A stretch of DNA of 64,000 bases from Bacillota bacterium (GCA_012520315.1 JAAYOM010000124.1:217-64216), one strand, 5' to 3'; shown: positions 1 to 9,637, counted from the first letter of the stretch. Notes: generated by a model from the sequence alone, not told the origin. Translations and numbers: made by a program.

Positions 1-1
1 C

Positions 2-259
2 AATGGTGCTGGACTTGCAGCATCACTGGCCAAAGGAGAAGGAAGGGAACGTATTTATATAGTAGAACCAACAGGTGAATTTGAAAACGATCCAAATGTT
101 ACTGACAAGAAATTCCCTGGTAACTTAACGCGTTCTTATCGCTCAAAAGACCCTTTAAGAATTATTGGCGAAGTAACAGAGTGGGTGAAACTGACGCCTA
201 AGGCGCGAAGTGAATGGCGCGAGAAGGTAGCCAAGAATAAAGGCGAAATTATTAACTAA
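2..259 (+). CDS. arr: rifampin ADP-ribosyltransferase (Arr), C-terminal fragment; the 5' end lies outside the window
   Basis: Frame-2 translation NGAGLAASLAKGEGRERIYIVEPTGEFENDPNVTDKKFPGNLTRSYRSKDPLRIIGEVTEW... ends at TAA 257-259. It closely matches the Arr core as I recall it (..YIYIVEPTGPFEDDPNLTNKRFPGNPTQSYR..PLRIVG..). Absent from the ORF track because there is no start codon in the window. Confidence 0.8.
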   Translation, partial: NGAGLAASLAKGEGRERIYIVEPTGEFENDPNVTDKKFPGNLTRSYRSKDPLRIIGEVTEWVKLTPKARSEWREKVAKNKGEIIN

Positions 260-365
260 GTGTACTTAGTTCACGAAGTGCTGATGACGTGTTTTGGCCA
301 CCACGCTCGTTGCATATCGAGTGTGTCTGCTAGTTAAGCCTAGATTTTCAAGGTTCGCTGAGAGG

Positions 366-686
366 ATGTTGAATTTGAAAAAGCAGTTCATTTACGTCTT
401 AAAGCTGATACCGGCTTTATTAGATGAAAAAAATTGGACCGGCGAGGAAGAAGCAATTGTCGAAAGACATTTCACTAAGTTAAAGGATCTGCTTGAGGAA
501 GGCAAGCTTATCCTGGCAGGTAAGACTGATGGACCGGATGGAAAAACATTCGGCATTGTTATTTTTGAGGCTAATTCAGAAGATGAAGCTAGACTTATTA
601 TGGAAAGCGATCCCGTGGTGGCGGAAGGAATAATGCAAGCAGAGTTATTCCCTTACAGGGCTGCCTTGCTGAGAGAGTCTGTTTAA
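366..686 (+). CDS. YciI-like family protein
   Basis: ORF track 294..686. I prefer ATG 366, which has GAGAGG immediately upstream. The pattern ...EGKLILAGKTDG...FEANSEDEARLIMESDPVVAEG... is typical of the YciI-like domain. Confidence 0.65.
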   Translation: MLNLKKQFIYVLKLIPALLDEKNWTGEEEAIVERHFTKLKDLLEEGKLILAGKTDGPDGKTFGIVIFEANSEDEARLIMESDPVVAEGIMQAELFPYRAALLRESV

Positions 687-717
687 GCAAATTAAACAGG
701 GCAAGGAGGGGTTTCCC

Positions 718-1089
718 ATGGATCCATGCAAGATTGAATGGTTGACTGTACCGGCGCCGGATCTTGGCGCAGCTAAAAAATTCTACGAAACCGTTTTTGG
801 GTTTTCTGTCTCCCCGTTCAGCGAACGATTTTGGGTGTTTCAGTCGGGTACGTTAAAGGGAGGTCTAGATGCTGATTTAACGCCAAATGGACAAGGTATC
901 GGTTTCTCAATCACCGTGCCAGCTATAAATAGAGCGCTTGAGGCCATCGAGCGGGGAGGGGGAAGTATTGTAGAGCCAGGTTACAGCCTCGGTTCTGGGG
1001 CAGGCTTTTGTGCTAAGTTCAAAGATCCAAACGGGAATGTTCTCGAGCTGTATTCCGACCGATTGAACTTAAGTGAACTGCCCGAATAA
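718..1089 (+). CDS. VOC (glyoxalase/bleomycin-resistance/dioxygenase) family protein
   Basis: AGGAGGGG SD upstream of the ATG. 123 aa with VOC-like segments WLTVPAPDLGAAKKFYETVFGF and KFKDPNGNVLELYS. Confidence 0.7.
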   Translation: MDPCKIEWLTVPAPDLGAAKKFYETVFGFSVSPFSERFWVFQSGTLKGGLDADLTPNGQGIGFSITVPAINRALEAIERGGGSIVEPGYSLGSGAGFCAKFKDPNGNVLELYSDRLNLSELPE

Positions 1090-1240
1090 CCTGTAGACTT
1101 AGTGAACATACTGTAAAAATGTGGTGAGGTGCCGGTTTTACTCTAGCAGACGAGAAGGCAGAATGATATAATCTAAGTAAATCAGTATAATATATGCAGC
1201 TAGATGAAAAGCAAACATTCTACAGGAGGAGGCATCTCTT

Positions 1241-1999
1241 ATGTTCGATTTACATGGCCGCGTCGCGGTAGTCACAGGAGCGTCATCCGGCTTAGGAAGG
1301 CAAATGGCATTGGGCTTTGCCAGACAGGGAGCAGACTTAGTTATCATGGCCCGCAGAGTCAATAAACTAGAAGAAGTAGCGGAAGAAATCAGATCCCTCG
1401 GCGTAAGGTGTCTGCCAATTCAATGTGATGTGACAGATACAGAGGCAGTGAATAGAGCAGCAGAACAGACCATCGAATATTATGGAAAAGTTGACATCCT
1501 AGTCAACAATGCAGGGGCATCGAGAAATGCCGGTGTACTGGATATGTCAGATGAGGACTGGAATTTTACCATGCAGGCCGACCTCACCAGCGTATTTAAA
1601 GTTACGAGGGCCTTTGCTAAGTACATGGTTAACCAGAGATATGGAAGAATTATCAACATTGCTTCTATCTACGGACAAGTAGGCAATACCGCCATGGATA
1701 CCGTGGCCTACCATTCTTCCAAAGGCGGGGTCGTCAATTTTACCAGAGCTGTTGCTGCCGAACTGGCTAAGTACAATATCACGTGCAACACAATCAGTCC
1801 CGGCTATTTTGAAACGGAGCTGACTGCAGATACGTTGAAAACTGACTCGTTCAAGAAATTTATGGAGGTTTCTGTTCCCCTTGGCCGCTACGGCAGGGAA
1901 GGAGAACTGAACCCAGCAGCGATTTTCCTCGCCAGCGATGAGGCATCGTATATTACTGGGCAGAACATCAAAGTAGATGGAGGTTACACGTCAGTGTAA
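1241..1999 (+). CDS. short-chain dehydrogenase/reductase (SDR) family oxidoreductase
   Basis: GGAGGAGG SD. TGASSGLG Rossmann motif, NNAG, catalytic YHSSK (YxxxK). Confidence 0.9.
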   Translation: MFDLHGRVAVVTGASSGLGRQMALGFARQGADLVIMARRVNKLEEVAEEIRSLGVRCLPIQCDVTDTEAVNRAAEQTIEYYGKVDILVNNAGASRNAGVLDMSDEDWNFTMQADLTSVFKVTRAFAKYMVNQRYGRIINIASIYGQVGNTAMDTVAYHSSKGGVVNFTRAVAAELAKYNITCNTISPGYFETELTADTLKTDSFKKFMEVSVPLGRYGREGELNPAAIFLASDEASYITGQNIKVDGGYTSV

Positions 2000-2109
2000 C
2001 AAGGGGCAGCCACGGTCGGTTGCCCTTAATATTTCCCCTTCTTTAGGCAGCTATCATTACTCGGAGGAGTTTGGCAAATTTAGGAGAAGAGGAGGTGTAG
2101 TTGTAGTCT

Positions 2110-3834
2110 GTGATGGAGGCAAGATTTATGAATTTAAGCAAGAAAATCAGTAAAGGAGTTGTGCTAATCATCTTGTTCTGTGCTTCTTTGGGCGCAGCGG
2201 TGAAGGTGGAGGCACAACCGGCTCTAACAAGGGAAGAGCAGGATTACGTCAAGGAGGGCAACATCATCCAGGCCGTGTCTTTAGACGGGGCAGCACCGCT
2301 GCAATATTCAGATGCCAATGGTGAAGTGAGGGGTATTTCTAAGGAAGTACTAGAAGAGATTTCCAAGCTGACCGGGCTGGTCTTTGAGTATCGACTGTAC
2401 GATACTCTGCAGGATGCTTTCAACTCTGGCGCTGATCTCTTCTTTGGCATACCCCATCATTATGCGCCCGAGGGGATGGTGTTGTCCCTTCCCTACCTGG
2501 AATCGGAGACAATACTGTACATGAACTCCTCCATCAATCCCACGGAACTGGCTGACAAGAAATTTGCGGCAGTTAGGGGCAGCGATTTGCCTCAAGGAAT
2601 AAGCGAAAAGAAAGCTGTTTATTTTGATACCCGGGAAGCAAGTATGGATGCGGTAGAAAGGGGTCTGGTTGATTATGGGTATGGCAATGCCTTTTCTGTA
2701 GCGTTTTATCAGCTGCAGAACAGCTATAATAACCTGATTACCGTTCCCGAGAAAAAAGAATCCAGAGCGTACGCCATTGGCTTCCTGAAAGAGAATGAAA
2801 TACTTGGCTCAATTATTAATAAATTCATTGCCTCACTGGATGAAAGCCGCATGAGTACCTTGGTTCTCAATGTGGCAACGCAAGTTGACAGGAAAATTAC
2901 CGTCCCCATGATCTTTGACTCTTACGGTGTGCAGATTTTTGGAGCGATCGCTGCAGTTATGGCGGTCATGCTGTTAAGTGTAATTCACAATATTCGGGCA
3001 AAAAACGAGCTTAAACTGCAGTATGATAGGTATCATATACTTTCCCAAACCTCCAATGAATACTTATATGAATACCATGTCAAGACGCAGCTCCTGGAGC
3101 TGTCCAAAAACTGCAGGCAGCTCTTTGGAGATGCTGATAGTTTAGAAAAACTGAAGGCAGTGTTTAAGCAGGTTCTAGGCAAATCCGAAACCGCAGCCCC
3201 CCTCCTAGAACTTCCCACCGCTGATGGTGAAACCGGTATTTTCAAGTGTATCAGCTCACCTATATTCGATAAAAAGGGCAGGGTTTACTCGATTATTGGC
3301 AAGCTAGTTGATGTCAGCCGGGAGGAAGCGGAGAAACAGGAGCTGATACGGAGATCGCAAATAGACGGGCTTTCCGGCCTTTACAATGCCAGCACAGCCA
3401 AGAGACTCATTTCTGAGCGAATGGCCAGCGTCCCACCGGGTGTAATCGATGCCCTGGTTGTGATTGATTGTGACAACTTTAAGGAAATCAACGATACCCA
3501 TGGTCATTTGGAGGGGGATATGAGCCTGCTCGAGATTAGCGAGAGCCTGCGCAGAAGTTTTAGAAAGACAGATATTATAGGCCGGATTGGTGGAGATGAG
3601 TTCTGCGTTTACATGCTGGACGTTCCATCACAGGAATTTGCCGCTGCAAAATGTAGGCAGCTGATGGACCTGGTCAAGGAATCAAGCATCGAGCACCAGC
3701 TCACTGTCAGCATTGGGATATCCCTGCTTGATGGGGAGGAAACCTATGACGAACTGTTTGCCAAGGCAGACCAGGCATTGTATGATGCTAAGAGAAGGGG
3801 AAGAAATCAGATCCAGTTTTACGAGGAGGAATAG
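2110..3834 (+). CDS. membrane sensor diguanylate cyclase (periplasmic solute-binding-like domain, TM, PAS-like region, GGDEF)
   Basis: N-terminal signal/TM, extracytoplasmic type-3 SBP-like region, TM segment [17 protein letters not shown], and a C-terminal GGDEF domain ([10 protein letters not shown]) with an RxxD I-site (RKTD) 5 residues upstream. The exact start (2110 GTG, 2113 or 2128 ATG) is uncertain. Confidence 0.85.
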   Translation: MMEARFMNLSKKISKGVVLIILFCASLGAAVKVEAQPALTREEQDYVKEGNIIQAVSLDGAAPLQYSDANGEVRGISKEVLEEISKLTGLVFEYRLYDTLQDAFNSGADLFFGIPHHYAPEGMVLSLPYLESETILYMNSSINPTELADKKFAAVRGSDLPQGISEKKAVYFDTREASMDAVERGLVDYGYGNAFSVAFYQLQNSYNNLITVPEKKESRAYAIGFLKENEILGSIINKFIASLDESRMSTLVLNVATQVDRKITVPMIFDSYGVQIFGAIAAVMAVMLLSVIHNIRAKNELKLQYDRYHILSQTSNEYLYEYHVKTQLLELSKNCRQLFGDADSLEKLKAVFKQVLGKSETAAPLLELPTADGETGIFKCISSPIFDKKGRVYSIIGKLVDVSREEAEKQELIRRSQIDGLSGLYNASTAKRLISERMASVPPGVIDALVVIDCDNFKEINDTHGHLEGDMSLLEISESLRRSFRKTDIIGRIGGDEFCVYMLDVPSQEFAAAKCRQLMDLVKESSIEHQLTVSIGISLLDGEETYDELFAKADQALYDAKRRGRNQIQFYEEE

Positions 3835-3836
3835 CT

Positions 3837-4190
3837 GTGAAGAATGAAAAGGTATATAAAATGGCGTTTTCACGCGTTTATCCCTTGCTAGTGCAAAAAG
3901 CTGAAAGGAAAGGGAGAACCAAAGGCGAAGTCGACACCCTGATTTTCTGGTTGACAGGCTATGACGAAGCTGGCCTACAGGCCCAGCTTGACAAGGATGT
4001 TGATTATGAGACCTTTTTTGCTGAAGCTCCCCAGATGAACCCAAATGCAGAAAAGATCACTGGTGTGGTCTGCGGAGTTCGGGTCGAGAATATTGAAGAG
4101 CCCCTGATGCAAAAGATTAGGTGGCTGGACAAGCTCGTCGATGAACTGGCCAAGGGCAAGTCGTTGGAGAAGATCTTAAGAAAGGCATGA
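3837..4190 (+). CDS. DUF2200 family protein
   Basis: 117 aa. [34 protein letters not shown] matches my recollection of the DUF2200 N-terminus. GTG start follows GAGGAGGA embedded in the end of the upstream gene. Confidence 0.6.
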   Translation: MKNEKVYKMAFSRVYPLLVQKAERKGRTKGEVDTLIFWLTGYDEAGLQAQLDKDVDYETFFAEAPQMNPNAEKITGVVCGVRVENIEEPLMQKIRWLDKLVDELAKGKSLEKILRKA

Positions 4191-4246
4191 CACTATGGTA
4201 GGGAACTTCTACATGGTGAGGATAATATTACTGTGGAGGACTGTTC

Positions 4247-4957
4247 ATGGGGCAGGAACTTGTTCGGGGATTTAGCATAATTATCTTGTATTTTATTGTC
4301 CTGGCCGGTCTCGCTATTTTTTTGAAACAGTTTATCAAAGTGCCAAAAGAGGTATTTCGCAAGATTCTGCACCTGATTCTCCTAGGGTCTGTTTTTGGCT
4401 GGACGTACGCCTTTGAGACCTGGTGGATTGCCCTGGGAGCGGTCCTTACATTTTTACTCATCGTATTTACCCTGCTGCATTTTGCTGAACGCATTCCAGG
4501 TTATTCCGAACTTCTGGTGGAGAGAAACAAGGGAGAGATCAAGCGGAGTCTGATCGCTGTCTGCGCTATGCTTGCCGTTTTGATTACAATCTGCTGGGGA
4601 GTGCTCGGCCAAAGATATCTGGTGATTGCATCGGTTGCTGCCTGGGGGCTCGGTGATGCGGCCGCAGCCTTAGTGGGCAAACGATTTGGCAAGCGTCATA
4701 TCGAGGGAAAGTTTGTTGAAGGAAGAAAGAGCCTGGAGGGGACCCTAGCCATGTTTGTGGTCTCATTTCTTTCGGTGCTGGCGATCCTGCTTGCCTTCGG
4801 TTCCCTCAAGTGGCATGGCTATATCCCAATTTCGCTAGTTACTGCGGCAGTCAGCGCTGTTGTTGAGCTGTATACAAAAGGCGGCATGGATACCCTGACC
4901 TGCCCCCTTGCTGCTGCTTTAGTTCTGCTGCCTTTAGTTCGTCTGTGGGGGGCTTAG
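4247..4957 (+). CDS. polyprenol/diacylglycerol kinase family membrane protein (CTP-dependent, CTP_transf_1-like)
   Basis: Multi-TM protein with GLGDAAAALVGKRFGKRHI...GRKSLEGTLAMF, a signature of the dolichol/phytol/DAG kinase family. Confidence 0.55.
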   Translation: MGQELVRGFSIIILYFIVLAGLAIFLKQFIKVPKEVFRKILHLILLGSVFGWTYAFETWWIALGAVLTFLLIVFTLLHFAERIPGYSELLVERNKGEIKRSLIAVCAMLAVLITICWGVLGQRYLVIASVAAWGLGDAAAALVGKRFGKRHIEGKFVEGRKSLEGTLAMFVVSFLSVLAILLAFGSLKWHGYIPISLVTAAVSAVVELYTKGGMDTLTCPLAAALVLLPLVRLWGA

Positions 4958-4960
4958 GGC

Positions 4961-5578
4961 ATGAAAAGAAACTCTGGGGAGCGGACACTCCTCGCTTCTG
5001 TACTTCTCAGCTCACCGGGGCCGCTCGTGCTCGGTATCGCCCTTGTCTACGGCCGGTCATCTACCCAAATCGCTGACTTTATCAGGCGTACTGTAGAGCT
5101 TGGGGCAATCATTATATCCTGGATTGTTTTTCGGATGCTCCCCACAAGCAGCGAGCCTGACCCGTCCAGAAAAGCGAGGCTGGAAGCTCTCGCCAACACC
5201 TGTGTTGGTGCAGCTATGTTGCTTTCAGGGCTGGCGATGCTGTTTATAGCTGTCTTCTCGACGAGCCGAGATAAGGGAAATGTGATCCCAGGGCTGGCTA
5301 TTGCCTTCTTGGGAGTTATCGTGAATTTTTGGTTCTGGCTTCGCTACCGCAGGCTCAATCATGAACAGCCCAATGCCGTCCTCGAGGTGCAAAGCAGGCT
5401 TTACGGGGCGAAATTTGCCGTGGATACCTGTGTGGTCGTGGCACTATTGTTTGTAGCAGTTTTGCCCCACGCGCCCATTACCACTTATCTGGATGCGGGA
5501 GGTTCCATTGCTGTTGCACTCTACCTTGCCTGGAGCGGTATCAATACAATACGGAAGAGAGACATGGCCACCGAATAG
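4961..5578 (+). CDS. membrane protein resembling the transmembrane domain of cation-diffusion-facilitator transporters (no cytoplasmic C-terminal domain)
   Basis: 205 aa and about 6 TM. The layout ERTLLASVLL...STQIADFIRRTVE...LEVQSRLYGAKFAVDTC resembles the CDF TMD by eye. The assignment is weak. Confidence 0.35.
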   Translation: MKRNSGERTLLASVLLSSPGPLVLGIALVYGRSSTQIADFIRRTVELGAIIISWIVFRMLPTSSEPDPSRKARLEALANTCVGAAMLLSGLAMLFIAVFSTSRDKGNVIPGLAIAFLGVIVNFWFWLRYRRLNHEQPNAVLEVQSRLYGAKFAVDTCVVVALLFVAVLPHAPITTYLDAGGSIAVALYLAWSGINTIRKRDMATE

Positions 5579-5590
5579 GTGGTCTTTTTT
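5566..5590 (+). terminator. rho-independent terminator
   Basis: GGCCACC-gaata-GGTGGTC hairpin (one G-U pair) overlapping the stop codon, followed by TTTTTTA. Confidence 0.75.
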
Positions 5591-5617
5591 ATGCCCGGAA
5601 ACAAATCTGTTCGGAAA

Positions 5618-5659
5618 GTGATTTGGGTCACGGCAATTCTTTTGAGGTTAACCTATAAT
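5618..5659 (+). promoter_or_regulatory. pflB promoter: Crp/Fnr-type dyad GTGATttggGTCAC plus -10 TATAAT
   Basis: Perfect 5+5 inverted repeat with a 4-nt spacer at 5618-5631. TATAAT at 5654-5659. The dyad centre lies about 41.5 bp upstream of a start placed 7 nt after the -10. Confidence 0.6.
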
Positions 5660-5709
5660 GTAGTCGGAAAGCAATGGTGCAAGCCTTAAAGGATAGAAAG
5701 GTGATCAGT

Positions 5710-7989
5710 ATGAGGAAAGAGTTATTTGAACGGACAGAAATGGCAGCGGCCTGGAAAGGTTTTAAGCCAGGTAATTGGTCCTGTGGGATTGATGTACGGG
5801 ATTTCATCCAGCAGAACTATGAACCCTATGACGGTGATGCCAGCTTTCTTGAGGACGCCACCGAGAGGACCAAGGCTCTTTGGAATCAGGTGGATGATCT
5901 GATCCAGGAGGAAGTCCGCAGCCGTTCCATTTCTGTGGATCTGGAGCACTTTAGCGGAATTGACAACTTCCCTCCCGGTTACATCGATCGGGATCAGGAA
6001 CTAATTGTGGGACTGCAGACAGACGAACCGCTAAAACGCATGATCAATCCCTACGGCGGTGTCCGGATGGTTGAAAGTGCCCTTAAAGCCTATGGGCTCA
6101 GCATGGAGCCTGGCCTTATGGAAAAGTTTAATGAATACCGCAAGACTCACAACCAAGGGGTCTTTGACGCTTACACAAAGCAAATGAGGACTGTTCGTTC
6201 TGCAGGCCTGCTGACGGGCCTACCCGATGCGTACGGACGGGGCAGAATTATCGGCGACTATCGGCGAGTAGCCCTGTATGGAGTCGACTATCTCAAAGAG
6301 ATGAGACTCAAGGACAAGGAGAATTTTTCCGATGGCGCGACAGAAGAGGCAATTCGCCTGAGGGAAGAGTTTTCGGAACAGATCAGGGCTTTAGATCAGC
6401 TGAAGGCCATGGCCGCTCGCTACGGCGTTGATATAGGCAGACCGGCAAAAACGGCTCAAGAAGCGGTGCAATGGCTGTACTTCGGCTACTTGGCAGCAGT
6501 GAAGGAGAACAATGGGGCAGCAACAAGTTTTGGCAGAAATACCGCTTTCCTCGATATATACCTGCAGCGTGATCTTGAACTAGGGGTGATTGATGAAAAA
6601 ACAGCCCAGGAATTCATTGATCAGCTGGTGATCAAGCTGCGGATGGTGAGACATCTGCGCACTCCTGAGTACGATGAACTCTTCGCAGGCGACCCTACTT
6701 GGGTAACCGAGTCTATAGGAGGCGTAGGCGAAGATGGCAGGCATTTGGTAACTAAGACTGCCTATCGCTTCCTGCATACCCTGATAAACCTAGGAACCTC
6801 CCCAGAACCGAATATGACGGTGCTGTGGTCTAAACACCTGCCGCGGGAATTCAAAGAGTACTGCGCCGATATGAGCATTAAGACCGCTTCTATCCAATAC
6901 GAAAACGATGATCTAATGCGTCCGATTTATGGTGACGATTATGCTATTGCCTGTTGCGTCTCGGCAATGCGGGTTGGCAAAGAAATGCAGTTCTTCGGAG
7001 CCAGGGCAAATCTCGCTAAGGCGCTGCTGTATGCCATCAATGGCGGCAGAGATGAAATAGCTCGGGATAAGGAAACGGGAGAACCAATTACAGTCTTGCC
7101 CGGAATCGGGCAAAATGACCAGGAGATACTGGATTACGCTGCAGTCTGGGCGAGTTTTCAAGAGGTTATGGATCAGCTTGCCAAAATTTATGTAGAGACG
7201 ATGAATACCATCCACTACATGCATGACAAGTATGCCTACGAGGCGGGGCAGATGGCTTTGCACGATCCTAATGTGCATCGCTATATCGCCTTTGGCATTG
7301 CAGGCCTTTCCATAGTAGCAGACTCCCTCTCAGCGATTAAGTACGCCAAGGTTCGGCCCCTTAGAAATGAACATGGTTTGGCTGTCGGTTTTGAAACCGA
7401 AGGCACCTTCCCTCGCTATGGCAACGATGATGATCGGGTGGATCAAATAGCGATTGAAGTTAATCGCTACTTTATGGATGCACTGCGCAAAACCCCAGCT
7501 TATAGAGGGGCAGAGCACACTTTGTCCCTGCTTACGATCACAAGCAATGTGGCGTACGGCAAGAAAACGGGTGCTACCCCCGATGGCCGTAAGTATGGGG
7601 AGGCCTTTGCACCGGGTGCCAACCCCATGAACGGCGCCGACGAGTCTGGTGCCCTAGCATCCTTGAACTCGGTGGCCAAGCTTCCATTTCGAGACGTCAA
7701 CCAAGATGGGATTTCCAACACTTTTTCCATCATACCGGCTGCCCTAGGTAAAAACGACACAGAACGACTAATCAATCTCACCAATGTGCTTGACGGATAC
7801 TTTGGACAGGGAGCTTTTCACCTCAATGTCAATGTCATGGACAGGGAGCTGCTCCTAGATGCCATGGAACACCCAGAGCAGTATCCAAATCTGACGATTC
7901 GAGTTTCGGGCTATGCGGTACGATTTAACCAGCTGAGCAGGGAACATCAGCTTGATGTAATTAACCGCACATTCTTTGAGTTTGTCTAA
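5710..7989 (+). CDS. pflB: formate C-acetyltransferase (pyruvate formate-lyase)
   Basis: 759 aa from ATG 5710. C-terminal glycyl-radical motif RVSGYAVRF, active-site CC (IACCVSA), and overall PFL-like sequence. Confidence 0.95.
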   Translation: MRKELFERTEMAAAWKGFKPGNWSCGIDVRDFIQQNYEPYDGDASFLEDATERTKALWNQVDDLIQEEVRSRSISVDLEHFSGIDNFPPGYIDRDQELIVGLQTDEPLKRMINPYGGVRMVESALKAYGLSMEPGLMEKFNEYRKTHNQGVFDAYTKQMRTVRSAGLLTGLPDAYGRGRIIGDYRRVALYGVDYLKEMRLKDKENFSDGATEEAIRLREEFSEQIRALDQLKAMAARYGVDIGRPAKTAQEAVQWLYFGYLAAVKENNGAATSFGRNTAFLDIYLQRDLELGVIDEKTAQEFIDQLVIKLRMVRHLRTPEYDELFAGDPTWVTESIGGVGEDGRHLVTKTAYRFLHTLINLGTSPEPNMTVLWSKHLPREFKEYCADMSIKTASIQYENDDLMRPIYGDDYAIACCVSAMRVGKEMQFFGARANLAKALLYAINGGRDEIARDKETGEPITVLPGIGQNDQEILDYAAVWASFQEVMDQLAKIYVETMNTIHYMHDKYAYEAGQMALHDPNVHRYIAFGIAGLSIVADSLSAIKYAKVRPLRNEHGLAVGFETEGTFPRYGNDDDRVDQIAIEVNRYFMDALRKTPAYRGAEHTLSLLTITSNVAYGKKTGATPDGRKYGEAFAPGANPMNGADESGALASLNSVAKLPFRDVNQDGISNTFSIIPAALGKNDTERLINLTNVLDGYFGQGAFHLNVNVMDRELLLDAMEHPEQYPNLTIRVSGYAVRFNQLSREHQLDVINRTFFEFV

Positions 7990-8014
7990 GCAAAACGTGG
8001 AGGTGAATCACTCT

Positions 8015-9517
8015 ATGCGAGGCTATCTGCAGTCTATTGAGACGATGGGGCTGGTGGACGGACCGGGTACTAGAACAATTTTTTTCATGCAAGGCTGTCC
8101 TTTGCGCTGCGCCTACTGCCATAACCCAGATGCCATTAGGCTTCAGGGGGGAAGAGAAATCACCCCTGCGGAAGTTTTGGAAATCGCCAGGCGTTACAGA
8201 TCCTATTATGGTGAAGACGGGGGTGTGACCTTTTCTGGAGGCGAACCCTTGCTGCAGGGAGAGTTTCTTCACAAATCCTTGGAGCTTTTGAAGCAGGAAG
8301 GCTATAATACTTGTATAGACACCTCCGGGATCGGCAACCGTGCATTTTTTCCAGACATTTTTCCCCTGGTGGACACCTTGATTATTGATGTTAAGGCCTT
8401 TGATCAGGAGTCCTTTGCCAATCTTACGTTGACCAAGGGTTTTGGGGAGTACCTGGACTTTTTGGCCAGTCTGGAAAACTATGGTTTCCAGGGTCAAGTC
8501 TGGGCTCGTCATGTGATGGTTCCAGGTTGGACAGATAATGAGCAGTCTATGCGAGACTTCGTCCGGATCTTAAGGCCGATTTGTCACCGGATTGACCGCA
8601 TCGAAATTCTTCCGTACCATACGGCAGGTGTCGAGAAGTATCGCAAGCTAGGGATGTCCTATCGTTTGGAAGGAGTAGAGCCTATGGACAAAGATAGAGC
8701 TAAGGAACTGGAGATTTACGCGAACAAAGTCTTTGCCGAGGACTTGCAGCAGGAAAGGAAAAAGGCTCAGGCGCGAAGTGAAGAAAAGTACAAGATTCTC
8801 AGAGATCGCCAGGTGGTTTCCAAACAGGAACAAGCGGAAATGTTTGCCTCTTTGCGGGAGCTTCCTCTCTTGCGGGAAGTGGCAGAAGGAGATGTGGAAG
8901 CTGTACTTGACGAGATTATCCTGTCTAATATCAAAGCGGGGGATTATATCTTTCGGACTGGGGATGCGCCGGATCTGATGTACTTGATTTACCAAGGTGA
9001 AATGAAAATCTTCTATAACACCATTGACGGCGAAGAACAGATCTTTTATATCTACCGTGATGGAGACTTCGTGGGAGGGCTGAACCTCTTGGTAGAGACA
9101 CCCTACCGCTATGTTGGCCAAGCTCTGACGGATTGCAGGATCATTGCCATTCCTAAGGCTACTTTCGACAAGTACTTCTATGACTCTTCCGTCGTTTTGC
9201 GCAGCGTGTTGACTAAAAGCTTCGACCGAATCCGCTGGGCCGAAGAGCTGATTCAAAGGCTGGCAACCAGCAACGCTTCTATGAAGACGGCTGGTTTGCT
9301 CCTTAAGCTTGTGAAGAGAATTGGTGTGGAGACCGAAGAGGGCATAAGACTGGAACTTTCCATGAACAGGGAAGAACTGGGCAACTATTCAGGTCTTAGG
9401 CGGGAGACTATTACAAGAAAACTCGGGCAGTTTAAGGATCTAGGTTATATTGATTTGGTGGGCAATAAAGTTATCATCGTTAAAGATCTGGAAGCGTTAG
9501 AGGCATATGTCCTGTAA
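8015..9517 (+). CDS. pflA: pyruvate formate-lyase activating enzyme (radical SAM) fused to a Crp/Fnr-family cNMP-binding/HTH regulator domain
   Basis: GGAGGTG SD 9 nt before ATG 8015. N-terminal half has VDGPGTRTIFFMQGCPLRCAYCHNPD (CxxxCxxC), GGEPLL and PGWTD, and ends where E. coli PflA ends (about 8735). A charged linker follows, then IKAGDYIFRTGDAPDLMYLIYQGEMKIF (beta-roll) and REELGNYSGLRRETITRKLGQFKDLGYI (HTH). There is no stop codon or frame change between the two halves. Confidence 0.85.
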   Translation: MRGYLQSIETMGLVDGPGTRTIFFMQGCPLRCAYCHNPDAIRLQGGREITPAEVLEIARRYRSYYGEDGGVTFSGGEPLLQGEFLHKSLELLKQEGYNTCIDTSGIGNRAFFPDIFPLVDTLIIDVKAFDQESFANLTLTKGFGEYLDFLASLENYGFQGQVWARHVMVPGWTDNEQSMRDFVRILRPICHRIDRIEILPYHTAGVEKYRKLGMSYRLEGVEPMDKDRAKELEIYANKVFAEDLQQERKKAQARSEEKYKILRDRQVVSKQEQAEMFASLRELPLLREVAEGDVEAVLDEIILSNIKAGDYIFRTGDAPDLMYLIYQGEMKIFYNTIDGEEQIFYIYRDGDFVGGLNLLVETPYRYVGQALTDCRIIAIPKATFDKYFYDSSVVLRSVLTKSFDRIRWAEELIQRLATSNASMKTAGLLLKLVKRIGVETEEGIRLELSMNREELGNYSGLRRETITRKLGQFKDLGYIDLVGNKVIIVKDLEALEAYVL

Positions 9518-9538
9518 GATCATCTAACTTCGGGAAAA

Positions 9539-9587
9539 CTAAGGCACTCTCCGAAATCGGGGCGTGCCTTAGTCTTTTGTAGTTTTT
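9539..9587 (+). terminator. rho-independent terminator after the pflA fusion gene
   Basis: CTAAGGCAC-N16-GTGCCTTAG hairpin followed by TCTTTTGTAGTTTTT. Confidence 0.7.
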
Positions 9588-9595
9588 CGGGGAAC

Positions 9596-9637
9596 TTGAT
9601 CTAGATCATTTTTCCTGAACAGGACTGGTGCTACAAT
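9596..9637 (+). promoter_or_regulatory. FNR-type dyad TTGATctagATCAt plus extended -10 TGcTACAAT
   Basis: Dyad at 9596-9609. TG-n-TACAAT at 9629-9637. The dyad centre is about -41.5 relative to a start 7 nt after the -10. Confidence 0.6.

Noticed and set aside
8648-9256. 202-aa minus-strand ORF, together with the 183-aa ORF at 7961..8512.
   Set aside because: Both are antisense to the pflA-Crp fusion gene, whose two halves have clear family motifs. Neither has a recognisable motif or ribosome-binding site.
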